DNA from: Verrucomicrobiota bacterium
Lineage (GTDB): Bacteria; Verrucomicrobiota; Lentisphaeria; Lentisphaerales; Lentisphaeraceae
Direction: 5' to 3'
NCBI GenBank assembly: GCA_039798785.1
Contig: JBDKFG010000053.1
Location: forward strand, 1-54,675
Length of the DNA: 54,675 nucleotides
Positions within the stretch are counted from its first letter, which is position 1; every line of letters starts with the position of its first letter. The notes under the pieces were generated by a model. The model was not told where the DNA came from. It did no database searches and saw only the letters and a program-made list of their open reading frames with translations. Position numbers and translations under genes: made by a program. Below are positions 7,303 to 17,997 of the stretch, one piece after another.

Positions 7303-9816
7303 ATGTCCGCCATCGCCATCCGCCGACTCATCGAAGATGCAGCCGCTCTCCCGGACCTCCATGGCAAACCCCTTTTGGAGAAAGCCATCTCCTTGGCGGA
7401 TGCCAGCAACGAGCGGCAGCTGGGCTGGGAAGCCCGTCTCGCCTTCATCAGCGCCACCCACGAAGCTCCCGATCCGATCAAGGCCCTGGCCGCCTTCGGC
7501 TGGCTGCTCAAGGAGTATGACCGGGCACCCGACGAAGGCCACAAAGACATTTCGCGGCTGCTTTGGCTATACAAGTGGATGTTCAACACCATCAATGACT
7601 ATCCAAACATCTCTCGGGAACATGAAGACCGCGCCCTGGAAGACTTCCGCCAGCGTCTCTCGGCCGCCGGCTTCGGCTTGCACTCCTGGTACTCGGCCAA
7701 GCTCAGCACTCTCGCCGCCCGGGGCGATGTCGCTGGCGTCGCCGCCCTCCTGCCCGAATATCGGAAAACGCCACGTGACGCGATGAGCGACTGCAAGGCC
7801 TGTTGTCCGGGAGGGCTCGCCAGCTGGCTTCGTCTGCTGCGGCGTCCGGTCGAGGAGATTCTCCAGGTGATGCAGCCGGTGATCCAGGGGCGAGCCACTT
7901 GCAGCCATGTACCCGCCAACGCCTGGCCCGGTCTGGCGCTCGACGCCGCCAGGAATGGGCTGCCCGAGGCCCTGGAATGGTATCGGCGCTGCTGGACTTC
8001 GACCTTGAGCTTCGTCGGCGATCCGATGAATCACGACGACATCCTCGAGACCGCCTTGGTGCACGGATTCTTCGCCGACGCCTGGACACTGATCAGCCGC
8101 CACAGCGGACGCGACTGGCCGCAGTTCAAGCCCTATCAGCAGCTGCGTCTTCTGCGTCAGATCCGCGTCCTATTCTCCCTCGAGCCTCGTTCCGGATGGC
8201 CCTTCCCCGCCAGCCTTGAATTCAACGGCCGCCAATGGCCTTTGGCCGAATTCCGCCGCTGGGTCGAATCGGAATCGACGCGCCTCGACTCCGCCTTCGA
8301 CAAGCGCAACGGCAACAGCTGGCAGCAGGAGCTGACAGCGCAGGCGCTTCACGAGGCGGATAGCTGGAAAGCCATCCGAAGCGACGCCCCTCCGACGCTC
8401 CATCCCGATGTCGCGGCCTCCAGGCTCCAATCCCTGCACTTGGCGGGACAGAACGAGGAGGCAGCATCCTTCGCTCGCGAAGCCGCCAGCGCCCTCCCCT
8501 ATTCCGGCGCCTTGCGCGCCCTCTTCGCCGATCATCCCGAGTGGCTCGACGCAGCGAGCCGCCGCCAACTGGAAGGCGACAAAAAAGGGCGAGGACACGC
8601 CGCTTCGCCGAAGAGCGCCGGGCTTGGCGAAGTGCTCGCCGCCGCTCCCGGACGGCCGGTGAAAGCGGCGAGAAAAGGATTGACGCTCCCTGAGGTGATG
8701 GCGCCGGAGCTGCCGAAGAACTTCCATGGCCGGGTCCTCGCCCAGGTGGAAGCGGCGCCGGATTCGCCCCTGAGTCTCCTTGCCGTCCTCCGGCTCGCCA
8801 CCACAGGGAAGCTTGGCAATGATCCCCTGGTGCCTCTCTACGGGCTGCTGCGCCGCGACTTCTCGGAGAATCCCGAAGTCATCGCCCTGGCCGTCGACAT
8901 CCTGTCCCGCCTGCATTTCGTCCCGCCACAGCTTCTCTCCCTGGCGCGTCTCGCCCTCGATCGCGGCCATCCCGAAGCCTGGAATTTCCAGCGTGTCCTG
9001 CGCGATGCGGAAGGCCTCGCGCCCAAAGAACGTCTTCTATACGCAGAGGCCGTCCTCAATGGCCAGGGCGAACTCCTCCCCGAGGACCGGCTCGCCGCAG
9101 TCGAAATCCTGCTGCAGCAGTCGCCGCCGCGGAAAGCCGAGGCCATGCAGCAGGCGCTCGCCGCGCTCGCGATGAGCCACTCTCCTGTCGAGATGCGCGT
9201 CTACCTCGCCCGCCGCCTTCATTACGGGGAAGTCGAAGGGGCTCTTGATCTGCTCGCTCCTTTGCATCAGGATCCCGATCCGGACCTGGTCGCGGCCGCC
9301 TTGATGGAAAGCAGTCGTCTCCATCTCTACCGGGGCAGTCCCGAAGCCCTTGACTTCTGCGACCGAGCCCAGGCTCTCACCTCGACTCGGGACGACGAGG
9401 ATCATCTTTACCGAGCCGCGGTCCTGAACCGCCTAGGTCGTCACCAGGAAGCGATTGTCGAAGCCCGACTCGCAGCGCCTGGCAGCCAGGCCCGTCTCCA
9501 AGCCGTCGCTGCCCTAGAAATCCTCGAGCGCCCGGCGGATGTCATCGAGGAGCTGGGGCCCGTGATGGCGGCGCATCAGGAAGCTCCATCGTCGATGACC
9601 CACAGCCTGGCCAAGGCTCTTTTCCAAACCGGCCGGGCGGACGAAGCGATCGCCGCGCTAAAGCCCTTGACACAGGGGAAATATCGTCGTGACTGGGACT
9701 TCCCTCTCAGCGCCGAACTGCTCCTGCAATTCTACGGCGACGAGAGGCGTCATGCCCGCCACGCCGCCAGCCTTCGCCGCATCCTGCAAGCCGAAGCGGA
9801 GCGGGAGCAAGGCTGA
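7303..9816 (+). CDS. Large TPR-like alpha-helical protein with N-terminal Cys motif
   Basis: AAGGAG RBS; RDAMSDCKAC..CSHVP motif and AFDKRNGN; TPR-like helical repeats in the C-terminal half. Confidence 0.7.
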   Translation: MSAIAIRRLIEDAAALPDLHGKPLLEKAISLADASNERQLGWEARLAFISATHEAPDPIKALAAFGWLLKEYDRAPDEGHKDISRLLWLYKWMFNTINDYPNISREHEDRALEDFRQRLSAAGFGLHSWYSAKLSTLAARGDVAGVAALLPEYRKTPRDAMSDCKACCPGGLASWLRLLRRPVEEILQVMQPVIQGRATCSHVPANAWPGLALDAARNGLPEALEWYRRCWTSTLSFVGDPMNHDDILETALVHGFFADAWTLISRHSGRDWPQFKPYQQLRLLRQIRVLFSLEPRSGWPFPASLEFNGRQWPLAEFRRWVESESTRLDSAFDKRNGNSWQQELTAQALHEADSWKAIRSDAPPTLHPDVAASRLQSLHLAGQNEEAASFAREAASALPYSGALRALFADHPEWLDAASRRQLEGDKKGRGHAASPKSAGLGEVLAAAPGRPVKAARKGLTLPEVMAPELPKNFHGRVLAQVEAAPDSPLSLLAVLRLATTGKLGNDPLVPLYGLLRRDFSENPEVIALAVDILSRLHFVPPQLLSLARLALDRGHPEAWNFQRVLRDAEGLAPKERLLYAEAVLNGQGELLPEDRLAAVEILLQQSPPRKAEAMQQALAALAMSHSPVEMRVYLARRLHYGEVEGALDLLAPLHQDPDPDLVAAALMESSRLHLYRGSPEALDFCDRAQALTSTRDDEDHLYRAAVLNRLGRHQEAIVEARLAAPGSQARLQAVAALEILERPADVIEELGPVMAAHQEAPSSMTHSLAKALFQTGRADEAIAALKPLTQGKYRRDWDFPLSAELLLQFYGDERRHARHAASLRRILQAEAEREQG

Positions 9817-9831
9817 TCTCCTGTAAATCAA

Positions 9832-9857
9832 TCGCTCGGCTTATGCGAGCCGAGCGA
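9832..9857. terminator. Hairpin between convergent genes (probable bidirectional terminator)
   Basis: TCGCTCGGCT-N6-AGCCGAGCGA, perfect 10-bp stem. Confidence 0.55.
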
Positions 9858-9879
9858 GAGAAGGGAATGGCCTCGAAGT

Positions 9880-10947
9880 TCAGTCCACCTTCAATGTCTT
9901 GCCGCGGCGACGGTTGAATTCAGCCATCAGCCGGCGGGCGATGGCGTTGGAGTCCTTGCCTGTCTCGAAGACCACGGTTTCACCTTGGACTCCCTCGCCG
10001 AGAAAGGTCTTGGTGTAGGGGATTTCGCCGGCTTCCTGGAAGTTCTTCAGAGCTTCAAGGCTGCCCAGGACGTAGACGCGTCCATTGGCAGCGACTTCAT
10101 GGTAGGTCAGGTTCTCCAGTGCGAACTGGCTCCACAGCTCCTGGCTCCAGTGAGCCAGGCGGGGGTGGGTCTCGACGACCACGTCTTCACCGCCGGGGCC
10201 GGCCTTGGGGCGGAGTTCACTGCTTGCGGGAGAATCGGACATCCCCCCGACTAGGATGATTTGTCCGGGTTTGCGGAGAACGCGATATTTGAAGGCGGCC
10301 AGCTGGCGCAAGTCTTCCACCGTGACGATCTGGGTGGGAAGCACCGGTGCCGGCGCGCAGATCGCCTGGTCGAGAACCTTGCCGTGGCGGCGGGCATATT
10401 CGCGGATCAGACGAGCCGAGAGGAGGCTGCCGTCTTTTTCATGCTCGACCACCACGGTTTCCCCCTTGATCCCGTCGCCGATGAAGGTGCGGCTGTAAGG
10501 GACTTCATGAGTCTCTTCGAAGCTGCGGCGGCTCGCAGGACTGCCGAGGACATAGGTGCGTCCACGGCTTTCGACTTCCTGGTAGAGAGCGACTGCGGAG
10601 TAGAGCCGGTCATGGAGCATCGAGACCTGAGGGTCGGCCTCGACGACGAGATCCTTGCCATCGGGAGCCTGGCCGGGATGGGTGATCGAGCTGGCAGGCA
10701 GCTGGCCGGCGGCAATCGCGGCGGCGGCGGCGGGCGTGGCGTAGACCACGGTCTTGCCCTCGATCTTGGCGGTCTTGAGAGGAGCGTTGACGGCAAGGGT
10801 CTTTTCCCAGCTCAGTTCCCCCGTGACCGGAGCATGGGAAGTGATGCTGCGATCGGGAGCGGAGGCAGGAGCGGCAGCGGTTTTGGAGCTGCTATGGCAG
10901 GAGCTGAGAGCAAAAAGGGAAGTCAGGACGCAAAGAGGCAATTTCAT
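9880..10947 (-). CDS. Lipoprotein with internally repeated domain
   Basis: Lipobox LSS-C, GGAG RBS; two clear copies of YxEV..xGRxYVLGS..F..xEVPYxxTFxGxGxxGETVVxE. Confidence 0.75.
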   Translation of the reverse strand: MKLPLCVLTSLFALSSCHSSSKTAAAPASAPDRSITSHAPVTGELSWEKTLAVNAPLKTAKIEGKTVVYATPAAAAAIAAGQLPASSITHPGQAPDGKDLVVEADPQVSMLHDRLYSAVALYQEVESRGRTYVLGSPASRRSFEETHEVPYSRTFIGDGIKGETVVVEHEKDGSLLSARLIREYARRHGKVLDQAICAPAPVLPTQIVTVEDLRQLAAFKYRVLRKPGQIILVGGMSDSPASSELRPKAGPGGEDVVVETHPRLAHWSQELWSQFALENLTYHEVAANGRVYVLGSLEALKNFQEAGEIPYTKTFLGEGVQGETVVFETGKDSNAIARRLMAEFNRRRGKTLKVD

Positions 10948-11037
10948 TTCGGCATCTCCATTTTTTCGGGGTTGAGGCTTAATCTCCTCAGCCCGCCAAT
11001 CCCTGCCTGCGACATCCGGTGAAAGTCCCGTTCAAGC

Positions 11038-11090
11038 CTTGTTAATATTTCGTTAACAAGTGAAATTCAATGATTTAACTAAAGCTTCAC
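11038..11090. promoter_or_regulatory. Operator: inverted repeat CTTGTTAA-N7-TTAACAAG plus 11-bp-periodic direct repeats (PhoB/OmpR-box-like)
   Basis: TTAAT 11042, TTAAC 11053, TTAAC 11075 and TTCAC 11086 share one 11-bp phase in the divergent intergenic region. Confidence 0.5.
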
Positions 11091-11191
11091 AATCCCGAAG
11101 CCGAGTCTTTACGAAGCGGCTTTCTTGTTCTTCACAGTGCCACTGGCCAGAGCTCTCCAACCGCAGAAAAACAAGAAAGGGAAAAACCAAG

Positions 11192-12556
11192 ATGTTCGTC
11201 AAGAAAACCATCGTCACCGCCCTCAGCCTCAGCCTGGCCTTCGCCGCCAACGCCGACGAAGCCAGCGACTTGAAAGAAATGAAAGAGATCCTGGCCAAGC
11301 AGCAGGCCCAGATCGAGACCTTGAACAAGCAGATCAAGGAGCAGGAGACCGCCAACAAAGAAGCCGTCGCCCAGTACGTCAAGACCGAAGTCGACAACGC
11401 GATGAAATCCCAGAAGTCACTGCTCGGCCTCGGCAAGCACATCTCGGCCCTGAAATTCAGCGGCGACCTGCGCCTCCGCTACCAGCGCGAGAACGACTTC
11501 AGCGAAGACGGCTCGAAAGCCGTCGCCGCCGGCCAGCACAGCCGCGACCGCTTCCGCCAGCGGCTCCGCATCGGCATGGAGTGGACCTCGAAGGACGAGA
11601 ACTGGACCGTCGGCACCCGCCTCGCCTCCGGCAGCGCCGACGGCCGCTCCACCAACGACACCTACGGCGATGAATCCGGCATGCAAGCCTACGAACACGG
11701 CGACATCCGCATCGACCTCGCCTTCGCCCGGATGAACCTGTCCCAGAAGGAGGACGACTTCTACTCCGCCCTCACCATGGGCCAGCAGAAGAATCCCTAC
11801 CTCAGCAGCTTCATCTTCACCGACGGCGACCTCAACCCCATCGGCGTCACCTACCAGTACAACGTCTTCACCGGCGGCAACGCCGACATGAAGGTCGAAG
11901 AGCGTCAGTCCTGGTTCAACACCTTCGGCGTCTACACCGTCGACCACCGCAACAGCGGCCGCGAAACCAACGACATCGTCGTCGTCCAGGGGCAGACCGG
12001 CTATCGGGGCGATCTCGGCGTCATCGCCCTCGGCTATGCCCACTACAACGACGGCATCCGGGACACCAACCTCGACGGCGACAAGGTCGATTCGGCCGAC
12101 ATCAAGGATCCCGACTACGGCTACAACATCGTCGACGCCTACGGCGAACTCAAGGCTTGGGAAGATGGCGCCAACTCGATCAAGCTGCTCGGGCATGTCG
12201 GGTACAACCTGAGCGCCTCCGGCGACAGCACCCAAACCGGCGTCAGCGAAGCTGCCGGGATGAAGTTCGGCGAAGGGCTCGCCTACTACGGCGCGATCGA
12301 AGGCAAGTTCGGCGACTTCAAAGCCAGCTACGGCTGGGCTCACGTCGAAGCCGACTCTCTGCCGCAATTCATGCTCGACTCCGACTTCGCTCACGGCGCG
12401 TCGAACTACCAAGGCCACGTCTTCAAGCTGGCTTACAACATCAGCAAGAACCTCGAGATCGGTGGCACCGCCTTGCTCGCCAAGACGATTGAGGAAAACA
12501 CCTCCCAGATCGGCGAACGAGATCTTTACCAGCTCGACCTGGTGTGGAAATTCTGA
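11192..12556 (+). CDS. Putative outer-membrane porin (Porin_5-like), copy 1
   Basis: Signal peptide, coiled coil, KFSGDLRLRY, RDRFRQRLRIG, STNDTYG, C-terminal YQLDLVWKF. Confidence 0.85.
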   Translation: MFVKKTIVTALSLSLAFAANADEASDLKEMKEILAKQQAQIETLNKQIKEQETANKEAVAQYVKTEVDNAMKSQKSLLGLGKHISALKFSGDLRLRYQRENDFSEDGSKAVAAGQHSRDRFRQRLRIGMEWTSKDENWTVGTRLASGSADGRSTNDTYGDESGMQAYEHGDIRIDLAFARMNLSQKEDDFYSALTMGQQKNPYLSSFIFTDGDLNPIGVTYQYNVFTGGNADMKVEERQSWFNTFGVYTVDHRNSGRETNDIVVVQGQTGYRGDLGVIALGYAHYNDGIRDTNLDGDKVDSADIKDPDYGYNIVDAYGELKAWEDGANSIKLLGHVGYNLSASGDSTQTGVSEAAGMKFGEGLAYYGAIEGKFGDFKASYGWAHVEADSLPQFMLDSDFAHGASNYQGHVFKLAYNISKNLEIGGTALLAKTIEENTSQIGERDLYQLDLVWKF

Positions 12557-12582
12557 GTTTACTTCAAGCGAATCTCAGGGAA

Positions 12583-12613
12583 GAGGCCTCCGGAAGATTC
12601 CGGGGGCTTTTTC
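12583..12613 (+). terminator. Rho-independent terminator
   Basis: GGCCTCCGGAA/TTCCGGGGGC stem followed by a T run. Confidence 0.75.
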
Positions 12614-12655
12614 GTCTTCATCACTGCTCTAAAACTATCGCGGCCCGAAAAGCTC

Positions 12656-12684
12656 TTGACATAAGCTTGCAAGCGGGCGATAGT
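12656..12684 (+). promoter_or_regulatory. Putative sigma-70 promoter of porin copy 2
   Basis: TTGACA-N17-GATAGT upstream of the GAGGAG RBS. Confidence 0.4.
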
Positions 12685-12730
12685 CGGAAGCCTGTGAATT
12701 TCCTGTTAACCCTTGAGAGGAGTCATTCTG

Positions 12731-14128
12731 ATGTTCATCAAACGCACCGCAGCTCTCGCTCTTGTCCTCGGTCTCAGCGCCAATGCCGATGAAGCCACCG
12801 ACAAGCAGCTCCAGGAGCTCAAGGACATCGTCGCCAAGCAGCAGGCCCAGCTGGAAGCGATGAACAAGCAGATCAAGGAGCAGGAAGCCTCCTCGAAAGA
12901 AGCCATCGCCCAATACGTCAAGACCGAAGTCGACAACGCGATGAAGAAACAGAGCAGCCTTCTCGTTCTCGGCAAACACGTCTCCAGCTTGAAGTTCAGC
13001 GGCGACCTCCGCCTCCGCTACCAGCACGAAGACTTCAAGGACGACACAGCCTTCACCCAGAAGGATACCGGGATCAAAGGTAAGGAGATCAGCCGCGATC
13101 GCTTCCGTCAGCGCCTCCGCATCGGCATGAACTGGGAGTCGAAGGATGAGCACTGGGAAGTCGGCGCCCGCCTCGCCACAGGTGACTCCAACGGCCGCTC
13201 CACCAATGACACCTACGGAGATGAAGGCGGCGGCGCCTATGAGCACGGCGACATCCGTGTCGACCTCGCCTATGCCAAGATGAAGTTCTCGACCAAGGAA
13301 GACGACTTCGTCAGCTACTTGACCATGGGCCAGCAGCCCAACCCCTTCAAGACCTCATGGATCTTCATGGACACCGACCTCAACCCGATCGGCGTCAGCT
13401 ACCAGTACGACAAGCTGCTCTCCGGTAGCTCCGAGATGAAGCCGGAAGAGCGTGAAGCCTGGTTCAACAACGTCGGCGTCTACACCGTCGACCACCGCAA
13501 CAACGGCTGGGAACGCAATGACATCCTCGCCCTCCAGGCCCAGACCGGTTATCGCAATGACCAGTTCCTTGTCGCCGCCGGCCTCAGCCACTTCAGCGCC
13601 AATGCCGCCGACCAGAATCTCAACGGCTTCGAAGATGGCGGCGACATCGTCGACAGCGATTACAACTACGACATCGCCGAAATCTACGGTGAAGTCTATG
13701 TTCTCGGCGACGGCAGCAAGGCCGGCAAGAAGCGCAGCCTCAAGCTGGTCGGCAATTTCGCCTCTAACCTCGGCGCCTCGAGTGACGAGTCGCAGATCCA
13801 CACTTCTTCGACTTCCGCCACTCCCGAGCGCGCCGGCCAGGGCGACGAGATCGCCTACTTCGTCTCCGCCGACGGCAAGTACGACTCCTGGAACAGCAGC
13901 ATCGGATGGGCTCACGTCGAGCAGGATTCCCTGCCCAAGTTCATGGTTGACGCCGACTTTGCCAACGGCCAGCCGGGCTACGAGGGGCTCTTCCTCAAGC
14001 TCGGTTATGACTTCACTGCCAACCTCAGCCTGAGCGGCACCGCCCTGTTCGCCGAGACCATCGAGGAAAACCCCTCTCAGCGCGACCGTCACGACCTCTA
14101 CCAGCTCGATCTGATCTGGAAGTTCTGA
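12731..14128 (+). CDS. Putative outer-membrane porin (Porin_5-like), copy 2
   Basis: Same motifs as copy 1; ends YQLDLIWKF; GAGGAG RBS. Confidence 0.85.
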   Translation: MFIKRTAALALVLGLSANADEATDKQLQELKDIVAKQQAQLEAMNKQIKEQEASSKEAIAQYVKTEVDNAMKKQSSLLVLGKHVSSLKFSGDLRLRYQHEDFKDDTAFTQKDTGIKGKEISRDRFRQRLRIGMNWESKDEHWEVGARLATGDSNGRSTNDTYGDEGGGAYEHGDIRVDLAYAKMKFSTKEDDFVSYLTMGQQPNPFKTSWIFMDTDLNPIGVSYQYDKLLSGSSEMKPEEREAWFNNVGVYTVDHRNNGWERNDILALQAQTGYRNDQFLVAAGLSHFSANAADQNLNGFEDGGDIVDSDYNYDIAEIYGEVYVLGDGSKAGKKRSLKLVGNFASNLGASSDESQIHTSSTSATPERAGQGDEIAYFVSADGKYDSWNSSIGWAHVEQDSLPKFMVDADFANGQPGYEGLFLKLGYDFTANLSLSGTALFAETIEENPSQRDRHDLYQLDLIWKF

Positions 14129-14149
14129 TCTTTCTTTCGGGCAAGACAT

Positions 14150-14178
14150 AAACCGCATCCCTCGCAGGATGCGGTTTT
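14150..14178. terminator. Bidirectional terminator
   Basis: AAACCGCATCC/GGATGCGGTTTT hairpin between the convergent porin and ATPase genes. Confidence 0.75.
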
Positions 14179-14192
14179 CCGCATTGCGGCGG

Positions 14193-15698
<1,506 letters not shown>

Positions 15699-15724
15699 CT
15701 CGACCGGGGGGGTCGAATGTTGAT

Positions 15725-17608
15725 TCAGGGAGCAGGGTCAGGCTTGGCGGCTTTTTCCGCTTCTTCCTGGAGTTTTTTCTCGACCTCTTTGATTTCTCCG
15801 CGGTATTTCTCGACGCGGGAGTTCTGGGCATCCATGCCGGCCTGGCCGAAGCTGTGCCAGCCATGGGTGGAGAGCTCCGAGGCGCGAGCTCTGGTGATTG
15901 CCTGGCCCTCCTCGCCGTTGCGGATGATCCGGGGAGTGATGATCAGGACCAGCTCGGTCTTCTCGCTGATGTTCTCTTCACTGCGGAAAAACCAGCCGAG
16001 GTAGGGGATGTCGCCGAGCCAGGGCACTTTCTGGATCTTGCGGGAATTCTCATTGCGGATCAGGCCGCCCACTGCGACGGCGAGATTGTTCTTGGCGTTG
16101 ACCGTCGCCAGGACCTGGGCGGTCTCGACTGAATCGACCTTGACCTCGGTGGTGCCGGTGGTCGGATCCGACACCAGGATCGAATTGCCCTTGGGGTTGA
16201 TGCTCGAGTTATCCTGTTCAATGTAGAGAGTCACTGTGTCATCGTCATTGATGTAAGGAATGAGGCGCAGGGTGGTGCCGACGTCTCGCACTGCGGTGTC
16301 AAACGCGACGGTCTGGTTGACGACGCCGTTCTGGTTGGTCAAGGACTGGGTGGTGGCGCCGGTGGTGATGACTTTCTCCTCGCCGACGACGATCCGGGCC
16401 GAACGGTTGTTGGTGGCGACCAGCAGGGGCGTGGCGAGGGTCTCGACACGGTCATCCGAGGCGAGGAGCTTGATCCGCGCGCGCAGATTGTCGTCCAGGT
16501 ACTGGTAGACGAAGCTCGGGGAGAAGCTGCTGTCCTTGCCAAGCCCGGCGAGGTTTTCGCGGCCGGTGCCGGCCCCCGCATTGAGGGGGTTGAGGAAAAG
16601 CCCGCTAGGAGTCCTGTTTTCGGTCGATCCGCCGGCGATTTCATAGTCGAAGGCCGAGCTCATGCCGTCGCTGAGACGCAGCTTGAGTATCTTCATTTCC
16701 AGAAGCACTTGCGGCACCGGCTTGTCGAGCCGCTCGACCAGCCTGGCGACGTCATCCAGGACCTTCGGGTCCGCCGAACGGATCAGGACCAGCGAATGTT
16801 CTTGGACGACGGACAGATAGATCGGCGAGAGGGCGCCGGCGATCTGGCTGGCTCCTGGCGCTTGTGCGCCGCTCTGGCGGGCACGTTCCAGAGTGGCAGC
16901 GGTCTCGGCGCTGACGTTGGGTGGCAGCGCCGGCTGAGTCAGGTTCTGTTGCGGCTGGATGAGGTTGTTGGAGAAATTGGCGGAGTTGCGATTGAAGCTG
17001 CCATTTCGGCCGCTGGAGTTGTTGCGGGAATTGCTGTTGCCGTTGCGGTTGCCGCTGGAGCGGTTGCGATTGGAAGAGGAATTGGAATTCGCGCCGTCGC
17101 CGGAATCGAGGAATTCGTCGTCTTCTCCGCCGATGACATCCACTGCTTCTTGCGAGAAGTCGCGAGGGCGCGAACCGAAATTCAACTCGACTCTTTCACC
17201 GTAGAGATCGGCGATGGTCTGGGCGATCGTCCCCATGTTGGCCGGGTTCACCTTGAAGCTGCGGATCTCGGGCGAATCGGTGAGCTGCAGGCCGGCGCGG
17301 TATTCTTCCACCGTCATGACGTGGTAGACTCCGGTCTTTTCATCGCGCCGCCAGGCGAGCCCGGCGGCCTTCACCATAGCCTCGAGAGCGGCGCTGGCCT
17401 TGATGTTGCTGACGTTGAGGATCAGCAAGGAGCCGGAAGCCTTGGCGCTGACCGAAACCGAAAGGCCGCTCAAGGCGGCAAGGCGGGCGCAACCTTCATT
17501 GACAGTGCAGCCGTTGAAAGTAAGCCGGTCGAAAGGAGTTTCGCCAGGGGCGTCTGGGGGCTCGGCGAAGGCGAGACTGCCGGCCAGGATGACTGAGAGT
17601 GTGGACAT
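15725..17608 (-). CDS. Secretin (GspD/PilQ family)
   Basis: LDKPVPQVLLEMKI, ATPLLVATNN, VGGLI, KVPWLGDIPYLGWFFR, TELVLIITPRII; N/S-rich linker. Confidence 0.92.
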   Translation of the reverse strand: MSTLSVILAGSLAFAEPPDAPGETPFDRLTFNGCTVNEGCARLAALSGLSVSVSAKASGSLLILNVSNIKASAALEAMVKAAGLAWRRDEKTGVYHVMTVEEYRAGLQLTDSPEIRSFKVNPANMGTIAQTIADLYGERVELNFGSRPRDFSQEAVDVIGGEDDEFLDSGDGANSNSSSNRNRSSGNRNGNSNSRNNSSGRNGSFNRNSANFSNNLIQPQQNLTQPALPPNVSAETAATLERARQSGAQAPGASQIAGALSPIYLSVVQEHSLVLIRSADPKVLDDVARLVERLDKPVPQVLLEMKILKLRLSDGMSSAFDYEIAGGSTENRTPSGLFLNPLNAGAGTGRENLAGLGKDSSFSPSFVYQYLDDNLRARIKLLASDDRVETLATPLLVATNNRSARIVVGEEKVITTGATTQSLTNQNGVVNQTVAFDTAVRDVGTTLRLIPYINDDDTVTLYIEQDNSSINPKGNSILVSDPTTGTTEVKVDSVETAQVLATVNAKNNLAVAVGGLIRNENSRKIQKVPWLGDIPYLGWFFRSEENISEKTELVLIITPRIIRNGEEGQAITRARASELSTHGWHSFGQAGMDAQNSRVEKYRGEIKEVEKKLQEEAEKAAKPDPAP

Positions 17609-17626
17609 TGCGGCAACTCCGTGGGC

Positions 17627-17986
17627 TTAGAGAAAGTTATAGACACTGCCGTCGGGACCCCGGACGACGATTTCGCTGACATCGGCCCGGAGGAGTTCGA
17701 ATTCCTGCATGCCGTCAGGCGTGCGGATCTTGAATTTTCCCAGCTTGCTGAGAATGATCTGTTCCGCTGTGCCCTTGTCCCCGACTTTGGAATTCAATAC
17801 CAGGCTGAAACGTCCGTCGCGGGCGCTGACGAAGGAGCTGACAGCGAGGCGGATGTCCTGGGCCGGCGCCGCGATCTCCTTGCCGAAAGGCGAAGAAGGG
17901 ATGGCGGCAGGCGAAACCGGCGCGGCATCGGCCGGCGCCGGGCTGGCGGTCTGCAGGAGAAGCGCGGTCAAGCAGAAGAAAATCAT
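17627..17986 (-). CDS. Exported hypothetical protein (PilP/GspC position)
   Basis: Signal peptide and Pro-rich linker with SPF motif, directly upstream of the secretin. Confidence 0.55.
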   Translation of the reverse strand: MIFFCLTALLLQTASPAPADAAPVSPAAIPSSPFGKEIAAPAQDIRLAVSSFVSARDGRFSLVLNSKVGDKGTAEQIILSKLGKFKIRTPDGMQEFELLRADVSEIVVRGPDGSVYNFL

Positions 17987-17997
17987 CGGGAAGCTCC

